DNA of 64,000 nt from Scyliorhinus canicula (lineage: Eukaryota): NCBI RefSeq assembly GCF_902713615.1, contig NC_052149.1:234334069-234398068 (forward strand). Direction: 5' to 3'. The position numbers and the translations under genes are program-made. A model generated the notes under the pieces. That model was not told the origin of the DNA, did no database searches, and saw only the letters and a program-made list of their open reading frames with translations. Shown in pieces: positions 33,960 to 47,009 of this stretch. Numbering within the stretch: position 1 is the first letter of the stretch; the number at the start of each line of letters is the position of its first letter.

Positions 33960-36371
33960 ATGGCAGAGCCACGGATAACCAACGCCTTAAAATTCAGACC
34001 ATTGGGTATTATTTTCCTTCTTTTTGTATCGGACCTGGTTTTCGGAAAGATACACTATTCTATACGCGAAGAAATGGAGTCTGGCGCGTTTATTGGGAAT
34101 GTCGCCGAAGATTTGGGATTGAGCATTCGGAGGCTGTCAGCTCGGAAATTCCGACTGGTTCCTGCTGATAAAAGGCAATGTTTGGAGGTGAATTCTGAAA
34201 CCGGCATTTTATTTGCGAGCGAAAGGTTAGATAGGGAGCAGCTGTGCGGGCAGATGCCAGCTTGTGTTCTTTCTTTCCAGATTGTAGTGGAAGAACCTTT
34301 GGAGATGTACCGCGGCGAAGTGGAGATTCTTGATATAAATGATAATTCACCCAGTTTCCCGGAGAGTGTCATTCTCTTGCAAATGGCCGAAACCATGGCG
34401 CCAGCCTCTCGATTTCCGCTAGAGAGCGCTCTCGATCCAGACATGGCGACAAATGCGGTCTCTGTTTATAACATCAGCCCCAATGAGCACTTCGGTCTAA
34501 AAGTGGAGACTGCAGAAGACGGTACTAAAATTGTCGAGTTGTTATTGGAGAAGCCGCTGGACCGCGAACGGCAATCATCCTTTCAGCTGATGCTGACGGC
34601 CACTGACGGAGGGAATCCTCCCAGATCTGGGACCGCTCGGATTCTCATTACTGTGCTGGATATCAACGACAATGCGCCTGCGTTCGTTAGCAAGTCATAC
34701 AAAGCCAGCCTAATAGAAAACTCTCCAAGAGGCTCCTTGGTAGTTTCAGTCCTTGCCACTGATCCAGACGAAGGTACGAACGGGGAGGTAACTTATTCTT
34801 TCAGTAACCGTGTTTCACAGAAAATGCAGGAACTGTTTAGTTTGGATCCTCGAACAGGAGAGATTCGTGTTCAGGGTATAATTGATTATGAGGAAGATGA
34901 CAATTTTTCACTTGATATTCATGCTGTCGACAATGGTTCACCGGCAATTGCAGGACATTCTAAAGTTCTGGTTAAGGTAATTGATGTAAATGATAACGCC
35001 CCTGGGATTTTACTGACGTCCGTTGCTGGCATAGTCCCTGAAGATGCTGCTCCCGGGACTGTGACAGCTCTGATTGATGTAATCGACCGAGATTCAGGAA
35101 AAAACGGAGAGGTGCACTGCGAAATCCCTAAGAACGTTCCCTTTCAACTTCAGTCATCTTCGAGAGGTCATTACAAATTGATAACCAGTGACATGTTGGA
35201 CCGTGAAACCACCCCTCTGTACAACATAGTTATTGTAGCCAGGGACTCGGGGTCTCCTCCTTTATCAACAAATAAAACAATTCAGATAACTGTATCTGAT
35301 ATAAACGATAACGCCCCAAGGTTTGCTCGACCTATGGACACTGTGTATGTGATGGAGAACACCGCTCCCGGCTCTTCTATTTTCGCAGTGACTGCTTTCG
35401 ATCCTGACCAGGATCAGAATTCCTACATCACTTACTCTTTCATGGAAAATCTAATTCGAGATTTACCGTTGTCAAATTATCTCAATCTTAATTCGAAGAA
35501 CGGGACCATTTACGCGCTGCGCCCCTTTGACTACGAGCGAATGAAAAACTTCCAGATTCAAGTTCAAGCCCGAGACGCTGGCGTTCCCCCTCTGAGCAGC
35601 AGCGCAACATTGAATGTGATCATCCTGGATCAGAATGACAACGCTCCAGTAATTGTTTCACCTTCAGCACAGAGCGGATCAGCAGGAGTCGTGATTGTGC
35701 CTCAGTCAGCGGGCCAGGGGCACTTGGTCACCAAGATAATCGCAACTGATGCTGATTCTGGTCAGAACGCACGGCTCATCTATCAGCTGCTGAAAGCCAA
35801 TGATCCCAGTCTGTTCATCGTGGGGCTTCACTCTGGAGAAATCAGAACAGCCCGAGGAATTTTGGAGCAGGATTCTCCCACTCAGAGTCTTGTGATCTTG
35901 GTGAAGGATAATGGACAGCCGAGTCTCTCCACCACGGCTACAATCCACTTTTCCATCTTGGGCAATGTTAGTGGAATTTTCGCCGAAAGCAGTAACTTCG
36001 TGACAAATCCTGAATATGTCTCTGATATAAATCTTTATTTAATTATCATTTTAGGTTCAACTTCCTTTATATTTCTTATAACCATCATTTTGCTGATTGG
36101 CATCAAGTGTAAACAGGACAGAAATACTCCTGAAGACTACAACTCCACAAGTATTAGCTATGGACTGGACGATTCTAATAATGCCTTTAATCTGAGACCA
36201 ACACTGAAAGAATCTTTAAATTATACTGGAGCTGGCGAGATTATTCACATCCCTGAAACGCATCATTATTCAGTTTGTCTGTCTCCCGAATCAGCAAAGA
36301 GCGATTTTTTGTTTTTAAAGCCCTACACATCGCCCATGTCTCAGGACCAATGTCCAATTCAAAATAATTGA
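33960..36371 (+). CDS. Clustered-type protocadherin, gene 4
   Basis: ATG 33960 (MAEPRITNAL) is homologous to the paralog starts. The track's 121 extra upstream codons run through the promoter. The tail reads past the usual stop (DQCPIQNN*). Confidence 0.93.
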   Translation: MAEPRITNALKFRPLGIIFLLFVSDLVFGKIHYSIREEMESGAFIGNVAEDLGLSIRRLSARKFRLVPADKRQCLEVNSETGILFASERLDREQLCGQMPACVLSFQIVVEEPLEMYRGEVEILDINDNSPSFPESVILLQMAETMAPASRFPLESALDPDMATNAVSVYNISPNEHFGLKVETAEDGTKIVELLLEKPLDRERQSSFQLMLTATDGGNPPRSGTARILITVLDINDNAPAFVSKSYKASLIENSPRGSLVVSVLATDPDEGTNGEVTYSFSNRVSQKMQELFSLDPRTGEIRVQGIIDYEEDDNFSLDIHAVDNGSPAIAGHSKVLVKVIDVNDNAPGILLTSVAGIVPEDAAPGTVTALIDVIDRDSGKNGEVHCEIPKNVPFQLQSSSRGHYKLITSDMLDRETTPLYNIVIVARDSGSPPLSTNKTIQITVSDINDNAPRFARPMDTVYVMENTAPGSSIFAVTAFDPDQDQNSYITYSFMENLIRDLPLSNYLNLNSKNGTIYALRPFDYERMKNFQIQVQARDAGVPPLSSSATLNVIILDQNDNAPVIVSPSAQSGSAGVVIVPQSAGQGHLVTKIIATDADSGQNARLIYQLLKANDPSLFIVGLHSGEIRTARGILEQDSPTQSLVILVKDNGQPSLSTTATIHFSILGNVSGIFAESSNFVTNPEYVSDINLYLIIILGSTSFIFLITIILLIGIKCKQDRNTPEDYNSTSISYGLDDSNNAFNLRPTLKESLNYTGAGEIIHIPETHHYSVCLSPESAKSDFLFLKPYTSPMSQDQCPIQNN

Positions 36372-36533
36372 CAACATCATGGCAAAGGTGAAATTAATGG
36401 CCATTTCTGGTAAATTCGTTCCTGTCGGTTGAATTATTTAAACTCTTTCCTCTCGTGGATCTCTATTATAGAATCAAAGGATCGAACTTGTCATGAAATT
36501 GTCAAGTGTTGTTCATCCAAAGAAATTGTGAAA

Positions 36534-36539
36534 AATAAA
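36534..36539 (+). terminator. Putative poly(A) signal of gene 4
   Basis: Conserved AATAAA. Confidence 0.55.
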
Positions 36540-37212
36540 AGGCTCCATGATACCACATCGACTTGTCTGAAACTGGTATCTGTTAACTCGGAAAGGAAGC
36601 CGATAGGCGTGGTATTCCACAAGCTACAACATTGTTTTTGCTGTAAGTTGGGCTCCAAAAGTGACCTCGGTGCATTGATGCCTGAATGCATTTGGATAGT
36701 TTCCCTTGAACGGTTTGCTCTTTGAAATACCAGCATAAGCGATTGGAAGGCCTTTATACCCTCATAACATCGAGAAGGGCAATACATTTTCGGAGCTTGC
36801 CCAATGGATTCTTCTCTTGACTCCCACGTAGATGCTGTCCCGAGGTTTTTGCACAATGACGCGGAAATGGCGTAAAAATACTTCCAAAATATAGCTTATT
36901 AGTGTGATAAACTACAACAAATCATGGAACCCTGCAAATCGGATGTAACAACCACGATAAGAAACAAGAGCGGGAAAAGGTTTATTTCACCGATGTGATT
37001 CACACCATTTCGAGAAGTTCACTAATACTGTCTGAAATCATAGGTTACAGCGAATTACATAATTTACAATAAATCTTCAACACTGGAACATTGATTTCTG
37101 CCCAGAAGGTCAATGAAGGTTATGATATTCCGCACCTGTCTCCTCCCACTTATAGTTATCAAACCCAATCAGCATACCTTTTATACGTACTGCTGGGAAG
37201 ACGTTTGGTTTA

Positions 37213-40200
37213 CAAAGAACAAATCAGAACAAGAACAGGCCCTTCAGCCCCCCAAGGCTGTACCGACCATGACACAACTTTGGCCAAAACCCTTAGTGCT
37301 TCCTAGTGTCATTTCCCTCTATACCCATCCTATTCATGGATTTTCGAGATGCCATTTTAATGCCGTTAATGTATCTGCTTCCACAATCTCCCTGGCAGCA
37401 CGTTCCAGGAACTCACCACCGTCTGCGTAAAAAACCTGCCTCACACATTCTACTAACGTTTGCCCCACGGACCTTAAATCTGTGACCCTAGTGACTGACC
37501 CCTCCACCCTGGGAAAGAGCGCCTGCCCATCCACTCTATCTCTGCACCTCATAATGTTGTATACCTCTATCAGGGCGCCCCTCGACCTTCTTGTTCTAGA
37601 GAGAACAGTCCGTGTCTATTCAGCTTCTTCGTAGAGCTAACACTCTAGATCAGGCAACAGGATTCTCTGGGAAGCCAGGGAGGAGATTGCAGAGCCTTTG
37701 TCCTTGATCTTTATGTCGTCTTTGTCGACAGGAATAGTGCCGGAAGACTGGAGGATAGCAAATGTTGTCCCCTTGTTCAAGAAGGGGAGTAGAGACAAGC
37801 CTGGTAATTATAGACCTGTGAGCCTTACTTCGGTTGTGGGTAAAATGTTGGAAAAGGTTATAAGAGATAGGGTTTATAATCATCTTGAAAAGAACAAGTT
37901 GATTAGCGATAGTCAACACGGTTTTGTGAAGGGGAAGTCATGCCTCACAAACCTTATTGAGTTTTTTGAGAAGGTGACCAAACAGGTGGATCAGGGTAAA
38001 GCTGTTGATGTGGTGTATATGGATTTCAGTAAGGCGTTTGATAAGGTTCCCCACGGTAGGCTATTGCAGAAAATAAGGAAGTATGGAATTGAAGGTGATT
38101 TAGCGGTTTGGATCAGTAATTGGCTAGCTGAAAGAAGACAGAGGGTGGTGGTTGATGGCAAATGTTCATCCTGGAGTTCAGTTACTAGTGGTGTACCGCA
38201 AGGGTCTGTTTTGGGGCCACTGCTGTTTGTCATTTTTATAAATGACCTGGAAGAGGTTGTAGAAGGCTGGGTTAGTAAATTTGCAGATAGCACGACAGTC
38301 GGTGGAGTTGTGGATAGTGCTGAAGGATGTTATAGGATACAGAGGGACATAGATAAGCTGCAGAGCTGGGCTGAGAGGTGGCAGATGGAGTTTAATGCAG
38401 AAAAGTGTGAGGTGGTTCACTTTGGAAGGAGTAACAGGAATGCAGAGTACTGGGCTAATGGCAAGATTCTTGGTAGTGTAGATGAACAGAGAGATCTCGG
38501 CATCCAGGTACATAAATCCCTGAAAGTTGCCACCCAGGTTAATAGGGCTGTTAAGAAGGCATATGGGGTGCTAGCCTTTATAAGCAGGGGGATTGAGTTT
38601 CGGAACCACAAGGTCATGCTGCAGCAGTACATAACTCTGGTGCGGCCGCACCTGGAGTACTGCGTGCAGTTCTGGTCACCACATTATAGGAAGGATGTGG
38701 AAGCTTTGGAAAGGGTTCAGAGGAGATTTACTAGGATGTTGCCTGGTATGGAGGGAAGGTCTTACGAGGAAAGGCTCAGGGAATTGAGGTTGTTTTCGTT
38801 AGAGAGGAGAAGGCTGAGAGGTGACTTAATAGAGACATATAAGGTAGTCAGAGGGTTAGGTAGGGTGGACAGTGAGAGTCTTTTTCCTCGGATGGTGATG
38901 ACCAACACGAGGGGACATAGCTTTAAATTGAGGGGTGATAGATATAGGGCAGATATCAGAGGCAGTTTCTTTACTCAGAGAGTAGTAGGGGTGTGGAACG
39001 CCCTTCCTGCAACAGTAGTAGACTCGCCAACTTTAAGGGCATTTAAGTGGTCACTGGATAGACATATGGATGAAAATGGAATAGTGTAGGTCAGATAGGC
39101 TTCAGATGGTTTCACAGGTCGGCGCAACATCGAGGGCCGAAGGGCCCGTACTGCGCTGTAGTGTTCTGTGTTCTATGTTCTATCCTAATAAACCTCTGCA
39201 CCCTCGCCAAATCCTCTGCTTCCTTCTGGTAATATGGCGACCAGAACTGTGTGCAATATTCCAAGTGCGGCGTTACCAAGGTTCTCTCCAGCTGTAGCAT
39301 GACTTGCCAGTTATTACACTCGATGCACTGTCCAATGAAGGCAAGTATTCCCTATGCTTTCTTGTCCAACTTCTCCACTTGTGTTGCCACTTCGAAAGAT
39401 CTGTGGACCTGGACGCCCAGATCTCTCTGACTTTCTACATCCCTAAGAGTTTTGCGATTTACTGTATATTTCCCCCATATGTTCGACCTACCAAAATGCA
39501 TTAGCTCACATTTGTCAGGATTAAACTCCACTTGCCACTTCTTTACCTAAGTCTCCAACCTATCTATGTCCTTCTGTATCCTCTGACAATCCTCAACACC
39601 ATATGCCACTCCACCAAACTTGGTGTCATCGGTGATCTTACTAATCAGAGCAGCTACATTTTCCTCCAAATCGTTTATGTATACTACAAACAACAGAGGC
39701 CACTGCACCGATTCCTTTGGAACATCACTAGTCACAAACTTCCATTCAGAAAAATATCACCCATCTACAGCTACACTCTGACTTCTGTGAATGAGGCAGT
39801 ACTGTGTCCATCTTGCCACCTCACCTCTGATCCCGTGTGACTTCACCTTTTGTACCAGTCTGCCATGAGGCACCTTGTGAAAGGCTTTACTGAAGTCCAT
39901 GAAACCAACATCCACCGACTTTCCCTCATCAATCATCTTTGTCACCTCCTCAAAGAACCCGATGAAGTTAGTGAGGCACGACCTCCCCTTCTCAAAACTA
40001 TGGTCTATGGCTGATGAGTCCATTTGTTTCCAAATGGCATAAATCCTGCCCCGAGCATTATCTCCAATAATTTACCTACTACCAATGTGAGGCTCACCAG
40101 CCTATTGTTTCCAGGATTATCCCTGCTACATTGTTAAACAGCTGTCGCACATTACGTATTCTCCAGTCCTCTGGGATCTCACCTGCAGCCAATGAGAATA

Positions 40201-41338
40201 CAAAAATGTCAGTTAAGGTCCCAACAATTTCCTTCCGTTCTTCCATCAGTATTCTGTGTAAATCCCATGTGGCCCAGAAGACATATCTGCTTTAATGTAT
40301 TTTAAACCACCCAATGCCTCCTCCATTTTGATGCAAACATGACCCACACTACCCACACACCCTACCCAAGAATCATCTTACAGAAAGCCCTTTCCTTGGT
40401 GAAAACTGATGTAAAGCACTCTTTTATTACCTCGTCCATTTCTTTTGGCTCAAATCATAGATTGCCCTCACTGTCCTGAAATGATCCAATCCTTTTCCTG
40501 GCCACCCTTTTGATTTATATATATGAATAAGAAACTTTGAGATTCACCTTAATCCTACTTGCAAAGGACTTTTCATGATCCCCCCTACCCCTCCTAATTT
40601 TTTGCTGAAGTACCTTCCTACTTTCTTTATACTCCTCAAAGGTTCCACTGTCACCACCCTTCTAGACCGTTCAAAATCCTCCTTTTTCTTTTTGACGAGG
40701 TTCACAATATCCCTCGTTATCCAAGGGTCCCCAAAATTCCCATACTTAGCCTTCGTTCTCTCAGGGAAGTGACTTCCTGAATCCTGATCAACTGTCATTT
40801 GAAATACTCCACATGTCCAATGCTGTTTTACCCTCTAACAGCCGCAACCAATCCAAATTCTTCAAATTCTGTCTAATGTCATCGTAATGTGCCTTTCCTC
40901 ATTTTAGCACTTTAACTCGAGTGTTACGCTCATCCCTATCCAAAAGTACCCTTAAAAGTCCGGAATTGTGGTCACTACTCCCAAATCTTCCCCCTACTGA
41001 CACCTGAACCACCTTTCTAAGTTCATTACCCATTACGATGTCCAGTACTGCCCCTTCCCTCGTTGGACTATCGACATATTGCATCAAGAGGCCTTCGTGG
41101 CGTACACCTTGCAAACTCTGCCTCATTCAAGCAACTAGCACTATGTGAGTCCCAGTCAATATAGGGGAAGTTAAATTCCCCTACCACAAAAACCCTGTTA
41201 CATTTGCACCTACCCAAAGTCGCACTACCTATCTGCTCCTCTATCTCTCGCTGGCAGTTGGGGGGCCTGTAATAACCCCCAACATTGTGATTGCCCCCTT
41301 CATGTTCCTGAGCTCGACCCAGGCTTCCTCAGTGTCGT
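37213..41338 (-). mobile_element. Degenerate CR1 LINE (insertion C, copy 1)
   Basis: (CAAAGAA) tail at 37213; broken RT/EN peptides (MDFSKAFHKVPH, YVDSPTREGAVLD, SDHN); same 3' junction as 47681 and 61998. Confidence 0.88.
37660..39182 (+). mobile_element. Young 5'-truncated CR1 (RT half), nested antiparallel in insertion C
   Basis: 463-codon open frame 37698-39089, closely similar to the 4483-7290 ORF2; catalytic FADD reads FADS; (GTTCTAT) tail; splits the host sequence caggcaaca|tcct. Confidence 0.93.
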
Positions 41339-41359
41339 GAACTGACATTAACTTGGTCG

Positions 41360-42300
41360 TAAATCGGGGTCTGAGATTGAACCTCAGAAAAGAGAAAGGG
41401 ACTTACCCCCTCTAAACTCAGTTAAACAAAATAACAAAACTCGGAGGTATTGTTACCTCAATAATGCTGAAGGTTTGAACTTTTGCCGTGTATACCGTGA
41501 TTCGTTGACTTGTAAAATCAATTGGACCAAAACCACACTAATAGCGCTGAAGCAGAATAGCTAAGGCTGAAAAATTACGAAAATATTTTCACAACAAAGG
41601 TCAGAACACACGATTCATAACTTGCAACTGAGCTGTATTTGTACTTGTAAGTTCATTGGACATTCGGATGATCATTACCTTTGTGGTCATGTTATCCCAT
41701 TCATGTTACATAACGTGATGCCTCCATTTGAGTAGTCAATAACAGAACATTCTTCTAGGGTACTGAACATTTGCTGATTGGTGCCAGACGGGCTGATCTC
41801 TAGTCTGGAAATATGCAAACTGTGAATCTGATAAGCAATTACAGAAGCTTGACAGTTTACAATGTATGGAGAAATGTACAATGGGAGAAAACAACATTTA
41901 CAAAAGTAGAGGATGATTTTACTCAAACAACCCAAGTAACAGAGGGTGACAGACATTTGCATCACAGCGAATTGTTTCAAGGTTCTGTGCAGAAATCGTT
42001 TCATCAAGTAAAATAATGGTGATTGTGACTCCAGGTTGATTTACCCGCGGGGTGAGTGAAGCTTGAAATTTCATTGGCAATCCCAGTTCCAGTTTCAAGG
42101 TCCATTTACCCAACAATAAACCGATCCTGCTTCTTTGGATGAAGTAAGTTGCTGACTCTCATTAAAATTACTTCTTATTAGTTTATAATTCTTTGCCAGT
42201 TTATTGTACGTTAATATTTTTGTATTAAAAAATCTAAAACCACAGTTTCTGACGCTGGAGTTGCATTTCATTTATCATTTTCCATATCTCATTCTCGTTA
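41360..42300. repeat. Paralogous non-TE spacer block, copy 4
   Basis: Aligns with the other copies. Confidence 0.8.
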
Positions 42301-43114
42301 TGATTAAGCGCTTTGCGCCCTACTTAATGATAGTGTATAATTCTCATGGGCTGTGATCTGGCATGAACATGCCCAGAATCAACAAATTGTGGTCAGCCGC
42401 AATAGTTCCTAAATACTGAACACATTCAGAACGTTTCTCTGTAGGGTCCAACCCATCTAACACAGTTCGATTAACACGATAATCAAAATAACGAGAAGAG
42501 TAATGTGGCAAATATGTGCCAATCACAAGTTCACCAACATCGAAAATCATATTTCGCTGAGGACAAAATGCATTCTGATCAATAAATTAGAAAGTCCGAG
42601 CCTGAGTCCGAGATAGAATGTATTGGTTGCTCAGCTCAGCAGTTTTAGGATTGAGTGAGAAAACATAGTTTTCAAATATTCATGATTCCACAACTGACTT
42701 GCACAGCAGTAGCGATGATTCATGTGCCATTTTATATACTTTTTGCATATCCGTCGCAATTTATTTCAATGATTTAATTGTTTCTAGTAATTCAGTTTTC
42801 AAATTTCCCCCGTTTAGAATTCTGATAAGGTTAGCTGAAGTTAGAAACTAGCTAGCTCGTTAGAGAAACCGAAATTGAATGACATACTTCATGTATCTTG
42901 TCGGTGTCCGTTTGGTCAGAAGATATAGTTTTCTAACTAAACTTGAAATGCTGCGATGAAAAATAATCAAGTTTAGATTCGAAAGAAAGTTCAATTTCTG
43001 CATCCGAAAAGGCGATATTGGCAGCATTCCAAAGTACTTCACGAAAACAGTCGAACAACTCCTCAAAGATTCAAAGTGAATGAGAGAAGACGGGCATCAA
43101 TACATTTATAGGTA

Positions 43115-43223
43115 CTGAAGAAAGCCAAAGAGAAAATGCTGCGAAATCTCAGCAGGTCTGGTAGCATCTGTCGGGCGAGAATAGAGCTAATGTTTTGAGT
43201 CCACATGCTCCTTTGTCAAAAGG
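43115..43223 (-). mobile_element. Penelope terminal fragment (family of 19930-21665)
   Basis: Matches 19950-20060; TSD TATAGGTA; empty site at 57895-57910. Confidence 0.8.
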
Positions 43224-43547
43224 TATAGGTATGGAAGCTTCTCCTTCGCAAAACAAGATCGCCTGGTGATAGGTGGAAAATACGTGTGATTCTGACCTGA
43301 CAACTGCTGAAATTGTTTCATGGCAGTCTTTATGCAAAGGAAATTAATGGAAAGATTCCAGATGGTAATTTAATTGCATTTCAAAGGAGTAGTGATGATC
43401 GTTAAAGAGAAAGGCTGCCAGGAGGAAATTTATGTCGGTGTACGCGTATTATGGTTGTACACTATTAATACGATCCATGATTGGAGGCCTTCACATCAGG
43501 AGGTCTGTCACTTTAAGAAAAACTGGTGTAATGATAGGGAGGGACTC

Positions 43548-43569
43548 GCTGTGTCGCTGCGGACTGATG
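43548..43569 (+). promoter_or_regulatory. CSE-like element of the pseudogene (CGCT intact, CCAAT lost)
   Basis: GCTGTGTCGCTGCGGACTGATG. Confidence 0.6.
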
Positions 43570-44203
43570 AGGATCTCAAATACAAGCAGAGATCTATTTC
43601 TCCTCCGACGAAACGGAACCAGAACAGAAACAGAAATATAATCGTTTCCTGCGTTCACTTTGTGGAAAAGTATCTGTCAATTCGCTAGGCATTCTGATAT
43701 TGAGCTATTTTGTGGACTATGCGATCGGGCAGCGCTTGAGCTGAATAGATTATCGGTTTATTTTTGCGCGTCTCCAAATATAACCGGTAATGGCAGAGCC
43801 ACGGATAACCAACGCCCTAAAATTCAGGCCATTGGATATTATTTTCCTTCTTCTTGTATCGGATCTGGTTTTCGGAAAGATTCACTATTCTATTCGGGAA
43901 GAAATAGAGCCTAGCGCATTTGTTAGGAATGTGGCCGAAGATTTGGAATTGAACGGAGGCTGTCAGCTCGAAAATTCCGACGGGCTCCAGCTGATAAAAG
44001 GCAATGTTAGGAGGTGAATTTCGAAACCGGCATTTTATTTGTGAACGAAAGGATAGATAGGGAACAGCTGCGTGGGCAGAGACCAGCTTGTCTTCTTTCT
44101 TTCCAGATTGTCGTGGAAGAACCGTTGGAGATGTACCGCGGTGAATTGGAGATTCTTGTTATAAATGATAATTCATCCGGAAAGTGTCATTCTCTAACAA
44201 ATG

Positions 44204-44530
44204 AACAAAGAAAATTACAGCACAGGAACAGGCCCTTTGGCCCTCCCAGCGAGCGCCGATCGAGATCCTTTATCTAAACCTGTTGCCTATTTTCCAACGT
44301 CTACTTCTCTCCGTTCCCCACCCGTTCATATATCTAACCCGATGCGTCTTACATGATGCTATCGTACCCGCCTCCACCACCTCCGCTGGCAAAGCATTCC
44401 AGGCACCCACCACCCTCTGCGTAAAAAAACCTTTCCACGCACATCTCCCTTGAACTTTTCCCCTCTCACCTTGAAATCGTGACCCCTTGTAATTGACACC
44501 CCCACTCTTGGAAAAAGCTTGTTGCTATCC
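44204..44530 (-). mobile_element. CR1 3' fragment inserted in EC2 of the pseudogene
   Basis: aacaaagaaaattacagcacaggaacaggccc tail; peptide LFPRVGVSITRGHDFKVRG; same family at 57415-57617. Confidence 0.88.
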
Positions 44531-46268
44531 ATGGTCGAATCCATCCATGGCGCCAGACTCTCGATTTCCGCTAGAGAGCGCTCTCGATCCAGACATGGGG
44601 ACAAATGCAGTCACTGTTTATAATATCAGCTCCAATAAGCACTTCGGGCTAAAAGTGGAGACTGCCGAATTGGGTACTAAAATTGTCAGTTGTTAATGGA
44701 GAAACCGTTGGACCGGGAACGGCAGTCATCCTTTCAGCTGATGAAGACAGCCACTGACTGAGGGAATCCTCCCAGATCTGGGGCCGCTCGGATTCTCATC
44801 ACTGTGCTGGACAGCAATGACAAAGTGCCTGCGTTCGATAACAAGGCCTACAAGGTCAGCTTGATAGAAAACACACCCAGAGATACCCTGGTGGTTTCAG
44901 TCCATGCCACGAAGGTACGAACGGGGACGTAACTTATTCTTTCAGTAACCGTGTGTCACCGCAAATGCAGGAAGTGTTTAGTTTGAGTCCTCGAAAAGGC
45001 GAGATTCGTGTTCAGGGTATAATTGATTAAGAGGAAGGTGACAATAATTCACTTGATGTTCAAGTTGCCGAGAATGGTTCAGCGGCAATTGCAGGACTTT
45101 CTGAAGTTCTGGTTAAGGTAATAGATGTAAATGATAATGCACCTGGGATATTAATGGAGTCCGTTGCGAACATGGTCCCTGAAAATGCTGTACACGGAAA
45201 TGTGACAGCTCTGATTGATGTAATTCGGGATTCTGGGAAAAATGGACAGGTGCACTGCGAGATCCCTCAGAACATTCCCTTTAAACTTCAGTCGTCTTCG
45301 AGAGGTAACTACAAATTCATAACCAGTGACATGTTAGACCGTGAAACCACCCCTCTGTACAACATAGCTATTTGAGCCAGGGACTCGGCCTCCCCTCCAT
45401 TATCAACAAATAAAACCATTCAGATAACTGTATCTGATAGCAACGATAACCCCCCAAGGTTTGCTCGACTCATGGACACAGTGTATGTGATGGAGAACAA
45501 CGCTCCCACTGCTTCTATTTTAGCAGTGACTGCTTTCGATCCTGACCAGGATCAGAATTTATACGTCACTTACCGTTTCATAGACAACTTGATTCACTGT
45601 CAAATTACGCCAATCGTAATTCGATTTACGCGCTGCGCTCTTTTGACTCCGAGCGAGTGAAAACCTTCACGATTCAAGTCCAATCCCGAGACGCTGGCGT
45701 TCCCCCTCTGAGCAGCAGCACAACCTTGAATGCGATCATCCTGGATCAGAATGACAGCGCTCCAGTAATTGTTTCACCTTCAGCACAGAGCGGATCAGCA
45801 GAAGTGGAGGTTATGCCTCAGTCAGTGTGCCAGGGGCACTTGGTGACCAAGATAATCGCAACTGATGCTGATTCTGGTCAGAACGCACGGCTCCTCTATA
45901 AGGTGCTGAAATCCACTGATCCCAGTTTGTTCATCGTGGGGCTTAACTCTGGAGAAATCAGAACAGCCCGAGGAATTTTGGAGCAGGATTCTACCACCCA
46001 GAGCCTTGTGATCTTGGTGAAGGATAATGGACAGCCGAGACTCTCGCACGGCTACAATCCACATTTAAATCTTGTGCAATGTTACTGACATTTCCTCCAT
46101 ATATAGTAGCTTGGTGACAAATCCTGAATATGTCTGTGATATAAATCTTTATTTAATTGTCATTTTCGGTTCAACTTCCTTTATATTTCTTGTGACCATT
46201 ATTTTGCTGATTGGCATCAAGTGTAAACGGGACAGAAATACTCCAGAAGACTACAACTCCCCAAGTTG

Positions 46269-46620
46269 GGTAAGGCAGCACGGTAGCATAATGGTTAGCA
46301 CAATTGCTTCACAGCTCCAAGGTCCCAGGTTCGATTCCCGGCTTGGGTTACTGTCTGTGCGGAATCTGCAAATTCTTCTCGTGTGTGCGTGGGTTTCCGC
46401 CGGGTGCTCCGGTTTCCTCCCACAGTCCAAAGATATGCAGGTTCGGTGGATTGGCCATGCTAAATTGCACTGAGTATCCAAAATTGCCTTTTGTGTTGGG
46501 TGGGGTCACTGGGTAATGGGGATGGGGTGGTGGTGTGGACCTTGGGTTGGGTGCTCTTTCCAAGAGCCCGTGCAGACTCGATGGGTCGACTGGCCTCCTT
46601 CACACTGTAAATTCTATGAT
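46269..46620 (+). mobile_element. Full-length V-SINE in the pseudogene cytoplasmic region
   Basis: Near copy of 31009-31368; TSD AAGTTG (46263-46268 and 46621-46626). Confidence 0.93.
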
Positions 46621-47003
46621 AAGTTGTTGCTCTGGTCTGGACGATTCTACCAATGCCTTTAATCGAGACCTACACTGAAAGAATCTTTAAATTATACTGG
46701 AGCTGGTGAGATTATTCACAACTCTGAAACGCATCATTATTCAGTTTGTCTGTCTCCCGAATCAGCAAAGAGCGATTTTCTGTTTTTGGAGCCCTACACA
46801 TCGCCCATGTCTCAGGTCCAATGTTAAAATGTAAAGAATAGACAACATTGAGGCAGTGTGAAATTAATGTCCATCTCTGTCAAATCCGTCCCTGCCGGTT
46901 GAATTGCTGAAACTATTTCCCTTTGAGCATCTCTATTATAGAATTAATGGATATTTGTTGTCCGACAACTATCAAGTATTATTCATCCAAAGAAATTGTG
47001 AAA

Positions 47004-47009
47004 AATAAA
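47004..47009 (+). terminator. AATAAA behind the pseudogene
   Basis: Same position as in the intact genes. Confidence 0.45.

Larger units (their letters stand above)
43790..46827 (+). pseudogene. Protocadherin pseudogene (gene 5)
   Basis: Full-length homology to neighbours, with a 4-nt deletion at ~43955, TAG 44008, TGA 44759, TAA 45028, TGA 45373, further indels, a CR1 insert (44204-44530) and a SINE insert (46269-46620). Confidence 0.95.

Noticed and set aside
3969-42007. Similar minus-strand peptides in the spacer block (3969-4187, 19060-19284, 41687-42007; QQ.F..L..CS.I)
   Set aside because: The copy at ~29470 has an in-frame TGA and the N-terminal parts are in different frames; the similarity reflects DNA paralogy.
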